DNA from: an uncultured Acidobacteriota bacterium
Lineage (GTDB): Bacteria; Acidobacteriota; Thermoanaerobaculia; Multivoradales; UBA5704
Length of the DNA stretch: 64,000 bases
Direction: 5' to 3'
NCBI GenBank assembly: GCA_963698025.1
Contig: OY969112.1
Coordinates: 5,445,200-5,509,199 of the forward strand
Below, piece by piece: positions 9,173 to 39,362 of the stretch. The position numbers and the translations under genes are program-made. Within the stretch, counting starts at the first letter, position 1. Every line of letters begins with the position of its first letter. The notes below the pieces were generated by a model. The model did not search any database, was not told where the DNA came from, and saw nothing but the letters and a program-made list of their open reading frames with translations.

Positions 9173-9460
9173 ATGAAATTAGTGCGTCTCTTCTCCGTTC
9201 TGTTCCTGTTCCTCGCCGTCGTGGCACCTTCGCGGGCGATCGAGTTCCCATGCTCGGAGATCTGCACCTGCGCCCGCGACTGCTATCAGGTCTGCATCAG
9301 CAAGACCGGCGGATTGACGAACTGCGGTTCAACCGGCCGATGCGTGGGAGGCTCCAAGTGCCCCTCGACGCATTCGGCCGACCTCGCCGCCAGCTTTCTG
9401 AGCCCGCGGGAAGCGACACCCGCGGTCTGTGCCCTGCCGGCGCCGAAGACACCGGTCTAA
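9173..9460 (+). CDS. Small secreted cysteine-rich protein (95 aa precursor, 10 Cys in ~50 aa mature core)
   Basis: GGAAGG RBS, signal peptide MKLVRLFSVLFLFLAVVAPSRA, and core CSEICTCARDCYQVCISKTGGLTNCGSTGRCVGGSKC. The third-position GC is lower than in neighbours (codons aaa, tta, gga, ttg, ggt, tca). A strong terminator lies 34 nt downstream. Confidence 0.6.
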   Translation: MKLVRLFSVLFLFLAVVAPSRAIEFPCSEICTCARDCYQVCISKTGGLTNCGSTGRCVGGSKCPSTHSADLAASFLSPREATPAVCALPAPKTPV

Positions 9461-9493
9461 AGGCCGCTCATCCCGTCGGCTTGCCTCGGCAAA

Positions 9494-9523
9494 GGGGCGC
9501 GGCGTGCCGCGCCCCTTTTCATT
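9494..9523 (+). terminator. Rho-independent terminator (9-bp GC stem GGGGCGCGG/CCGCGCCCC, 4-nt loop, then TTTTCATT)
   Basis: Seen directly: aaaGGGGCGCGGcgtgCCGCGCCCCttttcatt, just downstream of the Cys-rich gene. Confidence 0.8.
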
Positions 9524-9682
9524 GGGGGATCGGCGGATCGGCCGCCCTGGCCCATCATGCTGCGTCCTGCGCCTGTCCAAGCCCTACATATAGATTTCCT
9601 CAGGCTCCCGAGGGGACCGCGTAAATCCGGCTGTGGAAATCTTGTCGAGAAGATGTGGATTGTAAGACATTCCTTCGGAGCA

Positions 9683-9730
9683 TCCCCAACTCTTGGGGCG
9701 CCGACTGTTACAGTCCACAACATCTTGTGG
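9683..9730 (+). promoter_or_regulatory. Pair of candidate NrdR boxes (tCCCCAActcTTGGGG at 9683-9698 and CCACAAcatcTTGTGG at 9715-9730), centres ~32 bp apart
   Basis: Two 16-bp near-palindromes resemble the NrdR consensus acaCwAtATaTwGtgt. They are spaced by about three helical turns and lie immediately upstream of a TTGACA-17bp-TAGTTT promoter-like element and the nrdJ gene. Confidence 0.5.
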
Positions 9731-9738
9731 TTTTACCC

Positions 9739-9767
9739 TTGACAGGCAACCCGGGTGGGCGTAGTTT
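9739..9767 (+). promoter_or_regulatory. Sigma70-like promoter candidate (TTGACA, 17-bp spacer, TAGTTT) for nrdJ, followed by a ~215-nt leader
   Basis: Hexamers seen directly. The ATG of nrdJ is at 9983. Confidence 0.35.
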
Positions 9768-9982
9768 TGAAGAAGCGGACGTCATCGAATTTCATCCCAA
9801 ATGGACGAGAGCATCCAGTCGTTTGCAGGCGTGGTGATGCCGGGGACTCCGGTCCGCAGGGACGGCCCGCCAACCCTGATCTGTAGTCCTCCATTGGCAG
9901 AGAATGGTCTGTCGTGGGTGGGCCGCGCCCTTGGCGTGCCCGCTTGAAGGTCAACGAGCGAAACAATCATCGAGGAGAGAGC

Positions 9983-12808
<2,826 letters not shown>

Positions 12809-12828
12809 GGGGGGCGGCGGCGGTCGCC

Positions 12829-13485
12829 ATGAATCTGCTCTACACAGCCCACGTTCCCGCCGGGGACGGTCCGTTCCCGGCGATCATCACCCTCCATGGC
12901 TGGGGGGCCAGCGCTCACGATCTCCTGGGGCTCGCGCCTGTCCTGTTCGATGGCAAGGCCGTGATGCTCTGCCCACAGGGGGAGGTCACCGTGCCGTTCG
13001 GCGGCGGCCAGCACGGCTATGGATGGTTCCCGCTACGCGCGGGACAGCCGCCCGATGTCGAGGCGTTCCGGCGCGCGTCGGACTCCCTGAAGGGGTTCGT
13101 CGACACGGCGCTCGAACGCTATCCGATCGACCCGCGGAAGGTCATCGTCGCCGGCTTCAGCCAGGGGGGGATGATGGCCTACGAGCTGGCCCTGAGCGAT
13201 CCCACCCGCTTCGCCGGGCTCGTCGCCCTCTCCTCGTGGTTCCCGCCGCCCCTGGTCGAGCTGCTGCCGAAGCAACCCGAGCACGAGGGGTTCCCGGTCC
13301 TCGTCATCCACGGCACGCGGGACGACCGGATCGAGGTCGAGCGCGCCCGCGAATCGCGCGAGGCCCTGCGCCCCTACGGGGTGGCGATGACCTACCGCGA
13401 GTTCGACATGGGGCACGAGATCCGTCAGGACGCCCTGAAGCTCGTCCTGAAGTGGCTTGACGAGAAGGCGCTGAAGAAGGAGTGA
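12829..13485 (+). CDS. Alpha/beta-hydrolase, phospholipase/carboxylesterase family
   Basis: 218 aa, with ITLHGWGASAHDL, the nucleophile elbow GFSQGG, and a conserved HG...D...H arrangement. ATG at 12829, in frame within the spurious 11614..13485 ORF. Confidence 0.85.
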   Translation: MNLLYTAHVPAGDGPFPAIITLHGWGASAHDLLGLAPVLFDGKAVMLCPQGEVTVPFGGGQHGYGWFPLRAGQPPDVEAFRRASDSLKGFVDTALERYPIDPRKVIVAGFSQGGMMAYELALSDPTRFAGLVALSSWFPPPLVELLPKQPEHEGFPVLVIHGTRDDRIEVERARESREALRPYGVAMTYREFDMGHEIRQDALKLVLKWLDEKALKKE

Positions 13486-13494
13486 CGGTGAAGA

Positions 13495-13530
13495 GGATGT
13501 AGGGGCGCCCGGGAGGCTACCCCTACATCC
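13495..13530. terminator. Bidirectional terminator-like hairpin / REP-like palindrome (11-bp stem GGATGTAGGGG...CCCCTACATCC, 14-nt loop) between convergent genes
   Basis: Seen directly between the hydrolase stop (13485) and the stop of the minus-strand gene (13552). It shares the TGTAGGGGCGcC / CCCCTACA core with the 7455-7559 inverted repeat. Confidence 0.6.
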
Positions 13531-13551
13531 TTCCATCCTGCCGATCCGCGG

Positions 13552-14268
13552 TCAGGCGGTGGCGCCGGCCAGGACGGGCTCGGCGACGGGCAGCTCCTCC
13601 GTGCCGAACATCACCTTGCGCAGGCGGTCGAAGAAGCTGATCCAGAGGCTCCACATCTCTTCGGCGTTGGTGACGATGGCGTCGATCTCGGCGGCGGAGA
13701 AGTCGGGCTCGATCGCCTCGTTGACCTGGGCGACGTGGTCGGGCTCCTGCAGGATGTGGATGTCCACCCAGGGGAGCTCCTTGAGGCCGCTGACGCGGCG
13801 GACCGCGTGGCCGATGCCGCCCACCATCGCCAAGTCGGCGACCTCGGTGCCATAGACGAAGCCGAGGGCGCCCAGCCGCTCGCCCGAAGCCTCCTCGTAA
13901 CGCTGCACCAGCCGCGCGGTCTCCGCGAACGGCGCCGCCTCGGAGACCGTCGCGGCGTCGAAGCCGGCCTCCTCCATCGTCGTGACGTAGATCCGCTCGT
14001 GGGCCCGCGCGGGAGTGCCCTCGCCGAGCTCCTGGTAGAGGATCTTCGAGATCGCCGTCTTCATCTCGAGCATGGGCACCTGGTCGATGGTGCGGGAGAG
14101 GAAGTTCGGGAAGTAGTGAAGCGGGTGCCACCACTGGCCCAGAAAGATGCCGACCTTCTCCCGGTCCAGGGCCGCGGAAGACCGTACTTCCTTGAAGAAG
14201 GGGTGATGAATCAGCTGCTTGCGGAGGGGGTTCTCTTCCAACCGTTCGGTAATTCCAGTGCCGAGCAT
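13552..14268 (-). CDS. Heme-oxygenase-like fold protein (TenA/PqqC/CADD-like 'iron-containing redox enzyme' family); candidate non-heme diiron tailoring enzyme
   Basis: The 238 aa all-helical protein starts MLGTGITERLEENPLRKQLIHHPFFKEV...FLGQWWHPLHYFPNFLSR, typical of the PqqC/TenA/HDO superfamily. Several E...H pairs could form a diiron site. It is transcribed divergently from the NRPS. Confidence 0.65.
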   Translation of the reverse strand: MLGTGITERLEENPLRKQLIHHPFFKEVRSSAALDREKVGIFLGQWWHPLHYFPNFLSRTIDQVPMLEMKTAISKILYQELGEGTPARAHERIYVTTMEEAGFDAATVSEAAPFAETARLVQRYEEASGERLGALGFVYGTEVADLAMVGGIGHAVRRVSGLKELPWVDIHILQEPDHVAQVNEAIEPDFSAAEIDAIVTNAEEMWSLWISFFDRLRKVMFGTEELPVAEPVLAGATA

Positions 14269-14487
14269 GAGCTTTCCTTTCCTATTCAGTAAAACCGAGG
14301 GGCCGAAGATTAAAGATCAAAAGAACCTGAAGCATGTGGTGCCGTAGATCTGAAAACGCCTCCCAAGGCAGCGGGTTTCGCCCCACCTAATTCGTGCAGC
14401 TCGCCCCACGAGATGGGACAACAGAGGGGAGTGACGATCCTATTTCGTTGTCTCGGGAGGGGGAAGAACGGACACCTTATTTACGGT

Positions 14488-14503
14488 TGTGAAAGTTTGC
14501 ACA
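14488..14503 (+). promoter_or_regulatory. CRP/FNR-type site candidate TGTGAaagtttGCACA in the divergent promoter region between the HDO-like gene and the NRPS
   Basis: A 5-6-5 half-site arrangement with one mismatch to TGTGA-N6-TCACA. It sits in a 385-bp AT-richer intergenic region. Confidence 0.3.
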
Positions 14504-14653
14504 GGATCGCGCGGTCCATCCAGGTCGCCCGCCTTCGCTAAAAGATGTTGTTAAAAGATTACTAGTGAAAAATCAGATCTGCTTGAAGGTTGCGAAGTAT
14601 TTGCGGCGAGTCGTCTTCGCGACGGGAAGGCGTGAGCCAGAGAAGGGAGAGTC

Positions 14654-33091
<18,438 letters not shown>

Positions 33092-33111
33092 TCGCAAAGG
33101 AAGAATTTTCG

Positions 33112-34896
<1,785 letters not shown>

Positions 34897-35986
34897 GCGC
34901 CGCTGGAGCCGAGCGCCAGACCAATCTGCGCGCCCTGCTGCGCCGTGGCGAGCCCACGGACGAGGCCTCCCGCCGGCTCGCCCGCACCGAGCACGCGCAG
35001 CCCATCCTCTTCGCCGTCGAGTACGCGCTGGCGCGGCTGTTGATGGCCTGGGGCGTCCAGCCGCAGGCGATGATCGGCTACAGCCTGGGCGAGTACGTGG
35101 CCGCCTGCCTCTCCGGCGTCCTCTCCCTGGAGGACGCCCTGGCCCTGGTGGCGCGGCGCGCGAAGCTGATCCAGGAGCTCCCCGCCGGCGCCATGCTCGC
35201 CGTGCCGGCCCCTGAAACCGAGGTGCGGCCGCTGCTCGACGAGCGCCTCGCCGTCGCCGCCACCAACGGCCCGCACCTCTGCGTCGTCGGCGGCCCCGAG
35301 GAGGCGGTGGCGGAGCTCGAGAGCCGGTTGGCCGAGCGAGGGGTGACCAGCCTCCGGCTGACCACCACCCACGCCTTCCACACGCCGATGATGCAGCCGG
35401 CGGCGGCGGCGCTTACCCAACTTGCCGGTACGGCGCGGGTAGGGGCGCCGAAGATCCCCTACCTGTCGAACGTCACCGGCACCTGGATCACCGCCGCCGA
35501 CCTCCAGGACCCCGGCTACTGGGCGCGCCACATGGTCCAGGCGGTGCGCTTCGCCGAGGCGGTGGCCGAGCTGCTGCGCGATCCTGACCGCGTCATGGTC
35601 GAGGTCGGGCCGGGCGGGACCCTCTCCGCGCTGGTGCGCCAGCACCCCGAGGGGGGTGCCGGACGGCTCGCCGTGGGGACGATGCGGCGGTCGAGCGAGG
35701 CGGGATCGGATCTCGCCCTGCTGCTCGACGCCCTCGGCCGCCTCTGGGTGGAAGGCGCGCCGTTCGACCCCGCGGGGCTCTTCGCCGGCGAGCGGCGGCA
35801 TCGCGTGCAGCTGCCGACCTACCCCTTCGAGCGCCAGCGCTACTGGATCGATCCGCCGCGGGGGGGAGAAGCCCGGCCGGCCGCCGCCTCAGGGACGACG
35901 CCGGCGTCGACCGGCACCCGTCCCGACCCGGCGGACTGGTTCTGGGCGCCGGTCTGGAAGCAGGCGCCACTGGCGGCACCCGCCGC

Positions 35987-36853
35987 CGGGGGGACGGCGG
36001 CTGGCTGGTCTTCCTCGATCGCGGGGGTCTGGGCGGGCGGCTGGCCGAGCGGCTGCGGCGCGACGGCCAGACCGTGGCCACCGTCGCCGCCGGCGCCGCT
36101 TTTCACGCAGACGGCCACGTCGCCGGCGAGGCGTTCACCATCGATCCGGCCCGGCGGCAGGACTACGACAGCCTCGTCCAGCACCTGCGGGCCGGGGGCA
36201 GGGAGCTCCCCGCGAAGGTGCTCCACCTCTGGGGGGTGACCGGCGCCGAGCCCACCTTCGACGAGGCGCAGGCGCGGGGGCTGCTCAGCCTGATCTTTCT
36301 GGGGCAGGCGGTCACCGCCGCCGGCGGGGGGAGCTCGCCGGTGCACCTCGCCATGGTGGCCGACGGCCTGCACGACGTGGCGGACGGCGATCCGGTGCAT
36401 CCGGGCAAGGCGACGGTCCTCGGCGCCGTCAAGGTGATCCACCAGGAATCGACGCGGCTGACCTGCGCCTGCATCGATGTCGTGCCGCCCCCGGCGGGCA
36501 CTCCCGAGGAGGAGCGGCTGATCGGCGATCTCCTGGCCGAGGCGTCGCTCGGGGCCGACGGCCGGCTCGACGTCGCCGTCGCCTACCGCGGCCGGCGGCG
36601 CTGGGTGCGTCACTTCGAGCCGGTGCGGCTGCCGGCGGGCGACGCGGCCTCGCGCCTCGTCGCTGGAGGGGCCTACCTGGTCACCGACGGCGTCCACGGC
36701 GGCGGCGCGGCCGTCGCCGAGCTGCTGGTGCGGTCGATGGGGGTGCGGGTGGCGCTGGTGGTGCCGCCGCAGTTCCCGCCGCCCGAGCGTTGGGAGGGTT
36801 GGGAGGGGCTGCCGGCCGTGCCGCCGGGGGGGACGTCCTCGGCGCCGCGGTGA
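35987..36853 (+). CDS. PKS fragment 3: KR structural subdomain and start of the catalytic subdomain (frame 2)
   Basis: WLVFLDRGGLGGRLAERL ... GGAYLVTDGVHGGGAAVAELL. It stops at 36853 after the G7 run. Confidence 0.5.
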   Translation, partial: RGDGGWLVFLDRGGLGGRLAERLRRDGQTVATVAAGAAFHADGHVAGEAFTIDPARRQDYDSLVQHLRAGGRELPAKVLHLWGVTGAEPTFDEAQARGLLSLIFLGQAVTAAGGGSSPVHLAMVADGLHDVADGDPVHPGKATVLGAVKVIHQESTRLTCACIDVVPPPAGTPEEERLIGDLLAEASLGADGRLDVAVAYRGRRRWVRHFEPVRLPAGDAASRLVAGGAYLVTDGVHGGGAAVAELLVRSMGVRVALVVPPQFPPPERWEGWEGLPAVPPGGTSSAPR

Positions 36854-37893
36854 AGCGGCTGTCCGCTCTCGGAGCGGAGGAGCGGGAGCGCCTCCTGCTG
36901 GTGCGCGCCGAGTCTGGAGATCCGGCCGCGATCCGCGCGGCGCTGTCGCAGACCCGCGCCGCCTTCGGCCCGCTCCAGGGGGTGTTCCACACTGGGGGCG
37001 CTTTCACCGGCGGGCTGATCCAGCTCAAGACCGCCGAGGCCCTGCGCGCCACCGTCGATCCCGCGGCGCTGGGTGCCCAGGCCTGGCTGGCGGCCTTCGC
37101 GGCCGAGCCGGAGCCGCCTGCTTTCTTCCTCTTGATGTCCTCGACCCTGGCGTTCACCGGTGGGCTCGGGCAGCTCGACATCGCCGCCGCGGGCGCGTTC
37201 CTGGATGCCTTGGCCCGGCGCCATGCCGCCGGCGGCGGCCCGTTCACCGTGGCCGCGCATTGGGACCCCTACCAGTGGGATGGCTGGCTGCTCGCCGCCG
37301 CGGCCGGCGTCGTCGCCGGGTTGCAGCCGGCGGAGATCCACAAGAACCTGGAGGCCTGGGGCATCGCCACAGAGCGCAGCGGCGAGGCGCTGCGCCGGCT
37401 GCTCGCCGCCAGCCTGCCGCAGGTGATCGTGGCCTCGCGCGACCTGCCCGCCATGATCGCCGAGGCGGACTCGATCACCGCCGACACCCTGTTCGCCCAG
37501 ATGGCGCCGATGCACCGTGGCGAGAAGGCGCAGCGCCCCGGGCTCGCCACTGCCTACGTGGAGCCGCGCGACGAGCGCGAGCGGCACCTCGCCGCCCTCT
37601 GGGAGGAACTGTTCGGGATCGCGCCGATCGGCGCCGAGGACAGCTTCCTGGAGCTGGGCGGCCACTCCCTGCTGGCGATCCAGATGGTGACGCAGATCCG
37701 CGCCCTGTTCGAGGCCGACCTGCCGGTGACGGCGCTGTTCGAAGCGCCCACGATCGTCGAGCTGGCGAAGCTGATCGGGCGGGCGAAGGGGGAGGAGAGC
37801 CCCGAGGATCTCGAGGCCCTGTTGGCCCTGATCGAGGGGCTCTCGCCCGAGGAGGCGGCCGAGAAGCTGGCGTCCATGGAGGCCGCGCTGTGA
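36826..37893 (+). CDS. PKS fragment 4: KR catalytic subdomain remainder, carrier domain and C-terminal docking tail (frame 1)
   Basis: VFHTGGAF ... LMSSTLAFTGGLGQLDIAAAGAFLDALA ... [15 protein letters not shown] ... LASMEAAL stop. Confidence 0.55.
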   Translation, partial: GGDVLGAAVKRLSALGAEERERLLLVRAESGDPAAIRAALSQTRAAFGPLQGVFHTGGAFTGGLIQLKTAEALRATVDPAALGAQAWLAAFAAEPEPPAFFLLMSSTLAFTGGLGQLDIAAAGAFLDALARRHAAGGGPFTVAAHWDPYQWDGWLLAAAAGVVAGLQPAEIHKNLEAWGIATERSGEALRRLLAASLPQVIVASRDLPAMIAEADSITADTLFAQMAPMHRGEKAQRPGLATAYVEPRDERERHLAALWEELFGIAPIGAEDSFLELGGHSLLAIQMVTQIRALFEADLPVTALFEAPTIVELAKLIGRAKGEESPEDLEALLALIEGLSPEEAAEKLASMEAAL

Positions 37894-39362
37894 GCGTTGC
37901 CGAGCGCCTCTCCGCGCTCACCCCGGAGCAGCGCGCCCTGTTCGAGGCGCTGCGCCGCAGGCAGCAGGAGAGCCAGGCCGCGAAGCCCCTCCTGCCGCCG
38001 CCGGTGCTCCGGGTCACCGGCCCCACCGCGGCCGGCGACTGGCCGCTGTCGATCGATCAGGAACGGCTCTGGCGCATGCACCGGGAGAACCCCGCCCTGG
38101 TCTCCTGGAACGTCGACGCCGCCAGCCGCATGCGAGGGGAGATCGCGGTGCCGGCGCTGGCGGCGGCCCTGCGCGAGCTGATCCGCCGCCACGCCGCTTG
38201 GCGCGCGACCTTCCCGGTGGCCGGCGGCCGGCCGGTGCAGCGGATCGTGGAGTCGGTCGAGCTGGACTTCGCGATGATCGACGTGGCGGCCCTGCCGGCG
38301 GAGCTCCGCGAGGCCGCGGGGCGCCGCGCCCTGTTCGATCGCACGCGGGCGGTCTTCGACCTCGAGCGCGGGCCGCTGGTGCGCGCCGCCCTGGTGCGGA
38401 CCGGGGAGCGCGATCACTTCTGCCTGCTCACCGTGCACCACATCGCGACCGATTGGATCACCTTCCAGATCGCCTTCCAGGAGCTGATGGCGCTGTACGA
38501 GGCCGCCCGGACCGGAGCCCCGAGCCCGCTGCCGGAGCCCGCGTTGCAGTTCCCGGACTACGCCGTTTGGGAGCGCGAGCAGTGGAGCGGCGAGACGTTG
38601 CAGGATTACGCCGAATTCTGGGGTGCCGAGCTCGCCGGCTTCCCGCTCGCCTTCGACCTGCCCGGCGACCGCCCCCGCCCGCCGGTGCAGAGCCAGCGCG
38701 GCGGCATGATCCCGTTCACCTCCGGTCCCGAGCCGGCCCACCGGCTGCGCGCCCTCGCCCGCCGCGAAGGGGTGACGACGTTCATGGCCCTGCTCGCCGT
38801 CGTCGACGCCCTGCTCTTCCGCCTCTCCGGCCGGGAGAAGCTGGTGGTTGGCTCGAACAGCGCCAACCGGCCGCGGCCGGAGCTGGAGCCGGTCGTCGGC
38901 CTGTTTCTCACCCAGGTGCCGTTCGCCGTCGACCTCGCCGGCGATCCGACGTTCCGCGAGCTGCTCGCCCGCGTCAGGAAGTCCTCTCTCGCCGCCTACA
39001 CGCATCAGAACATGCCGTTCGACAAGCTGGTCGAGATCCTGGCGCCGGAGCCCGATCCGAGCCGCAACCCGGTGGTGCAGGTGCTGCTCCTCGTCCTCGC
39101 CGGGCAGAGCCACGGCGGCGGCGAGAGCGTCGACTCCGAGGCGGTGCCGCTGTTCGACGGCAACTCGCGCTGGGACCTGATGTTCGGCCTCTACGACTAC
39201 GACGACCTGGGGTTCTCCGGGCCGGTGGAGTTCAACGCCGACATCCTCGACCGTCCGACCGTGGAGCGCTGGCTCGGCCTGTTCCGCCGCATCCTCGACC
39301 GGGTGGTGGCCGACCCCGACGCGCGGCTGTCGTCGCTGCCGTCGCTCGCGGAGGGCGCATGA
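37890..39362 (+). CDS. Free-standing NRPS condensation-domain protein with N-terminal docking helix
   Basis: The GTG start at 37890 overlaps the PKS stop (GTGA). The 490 aa product begins VSVAERLSALTPEQRALFEALRRR, carries a variant active-site motif HHIATDWITF (HHxxxD with W for G), and has no A or T domain. Its stop overlaps the ATG of the next gene (ATGA). Confidence 0.85.
   Translation: MSVAERLSALTPEQRALFEALRRRQQESQAAKPLLPPPVLRVTGPTAAGDWPLSIDQERLWRMHRENPALVSWNVDAASRMRGEIAVPALAAALRELIRRHAAWRATFPVAGGRPVQRIVESVELDFAMIDVAALPAELREAAGRRALFDRTRAVFDLERGPLVRAALVRTGERDHFCLLTVHHIATDWITFQIAFQELMALYEAARTGAPSPLPEPALQFPDYAVWEREQWSGETLQDYAEFWGAELAGFPLAFDLPGDRPRPPVQSQRGGMIPFTSGPEPAHRLRALARREGVTTFMALLAVVDALLFRLSGREKLVVGSNSANRPRPELEPVVGLFLTQVPFAVDLAGDPTFRELLARVRKSSLAAYTHQNMPFDKLVEILAPEPDPSRNPVVQVLLLVLAGQSHGGGESVDSEAVPLFDGNSRWDLMFGLYDYDDLGFSGPVEFNADILDRPTVERWLGLFRRILDRVVADPDARLSSLPSLAEGA

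Noticed and set aside
9768-9982. Possible cobalamin riboswitch in the nrdJ leader
   Set aside because: There are faint resemblances (GGTGATGCC..CAGGGA..CCCGCCAAC). There is no recognisable B12 box (AGYCMGGAGACCKGCC) or GCCACTG element, and a B12 riboswitch repressing a B12-dependent RNR would be atypical. It is left as an uncharacterised long leader.
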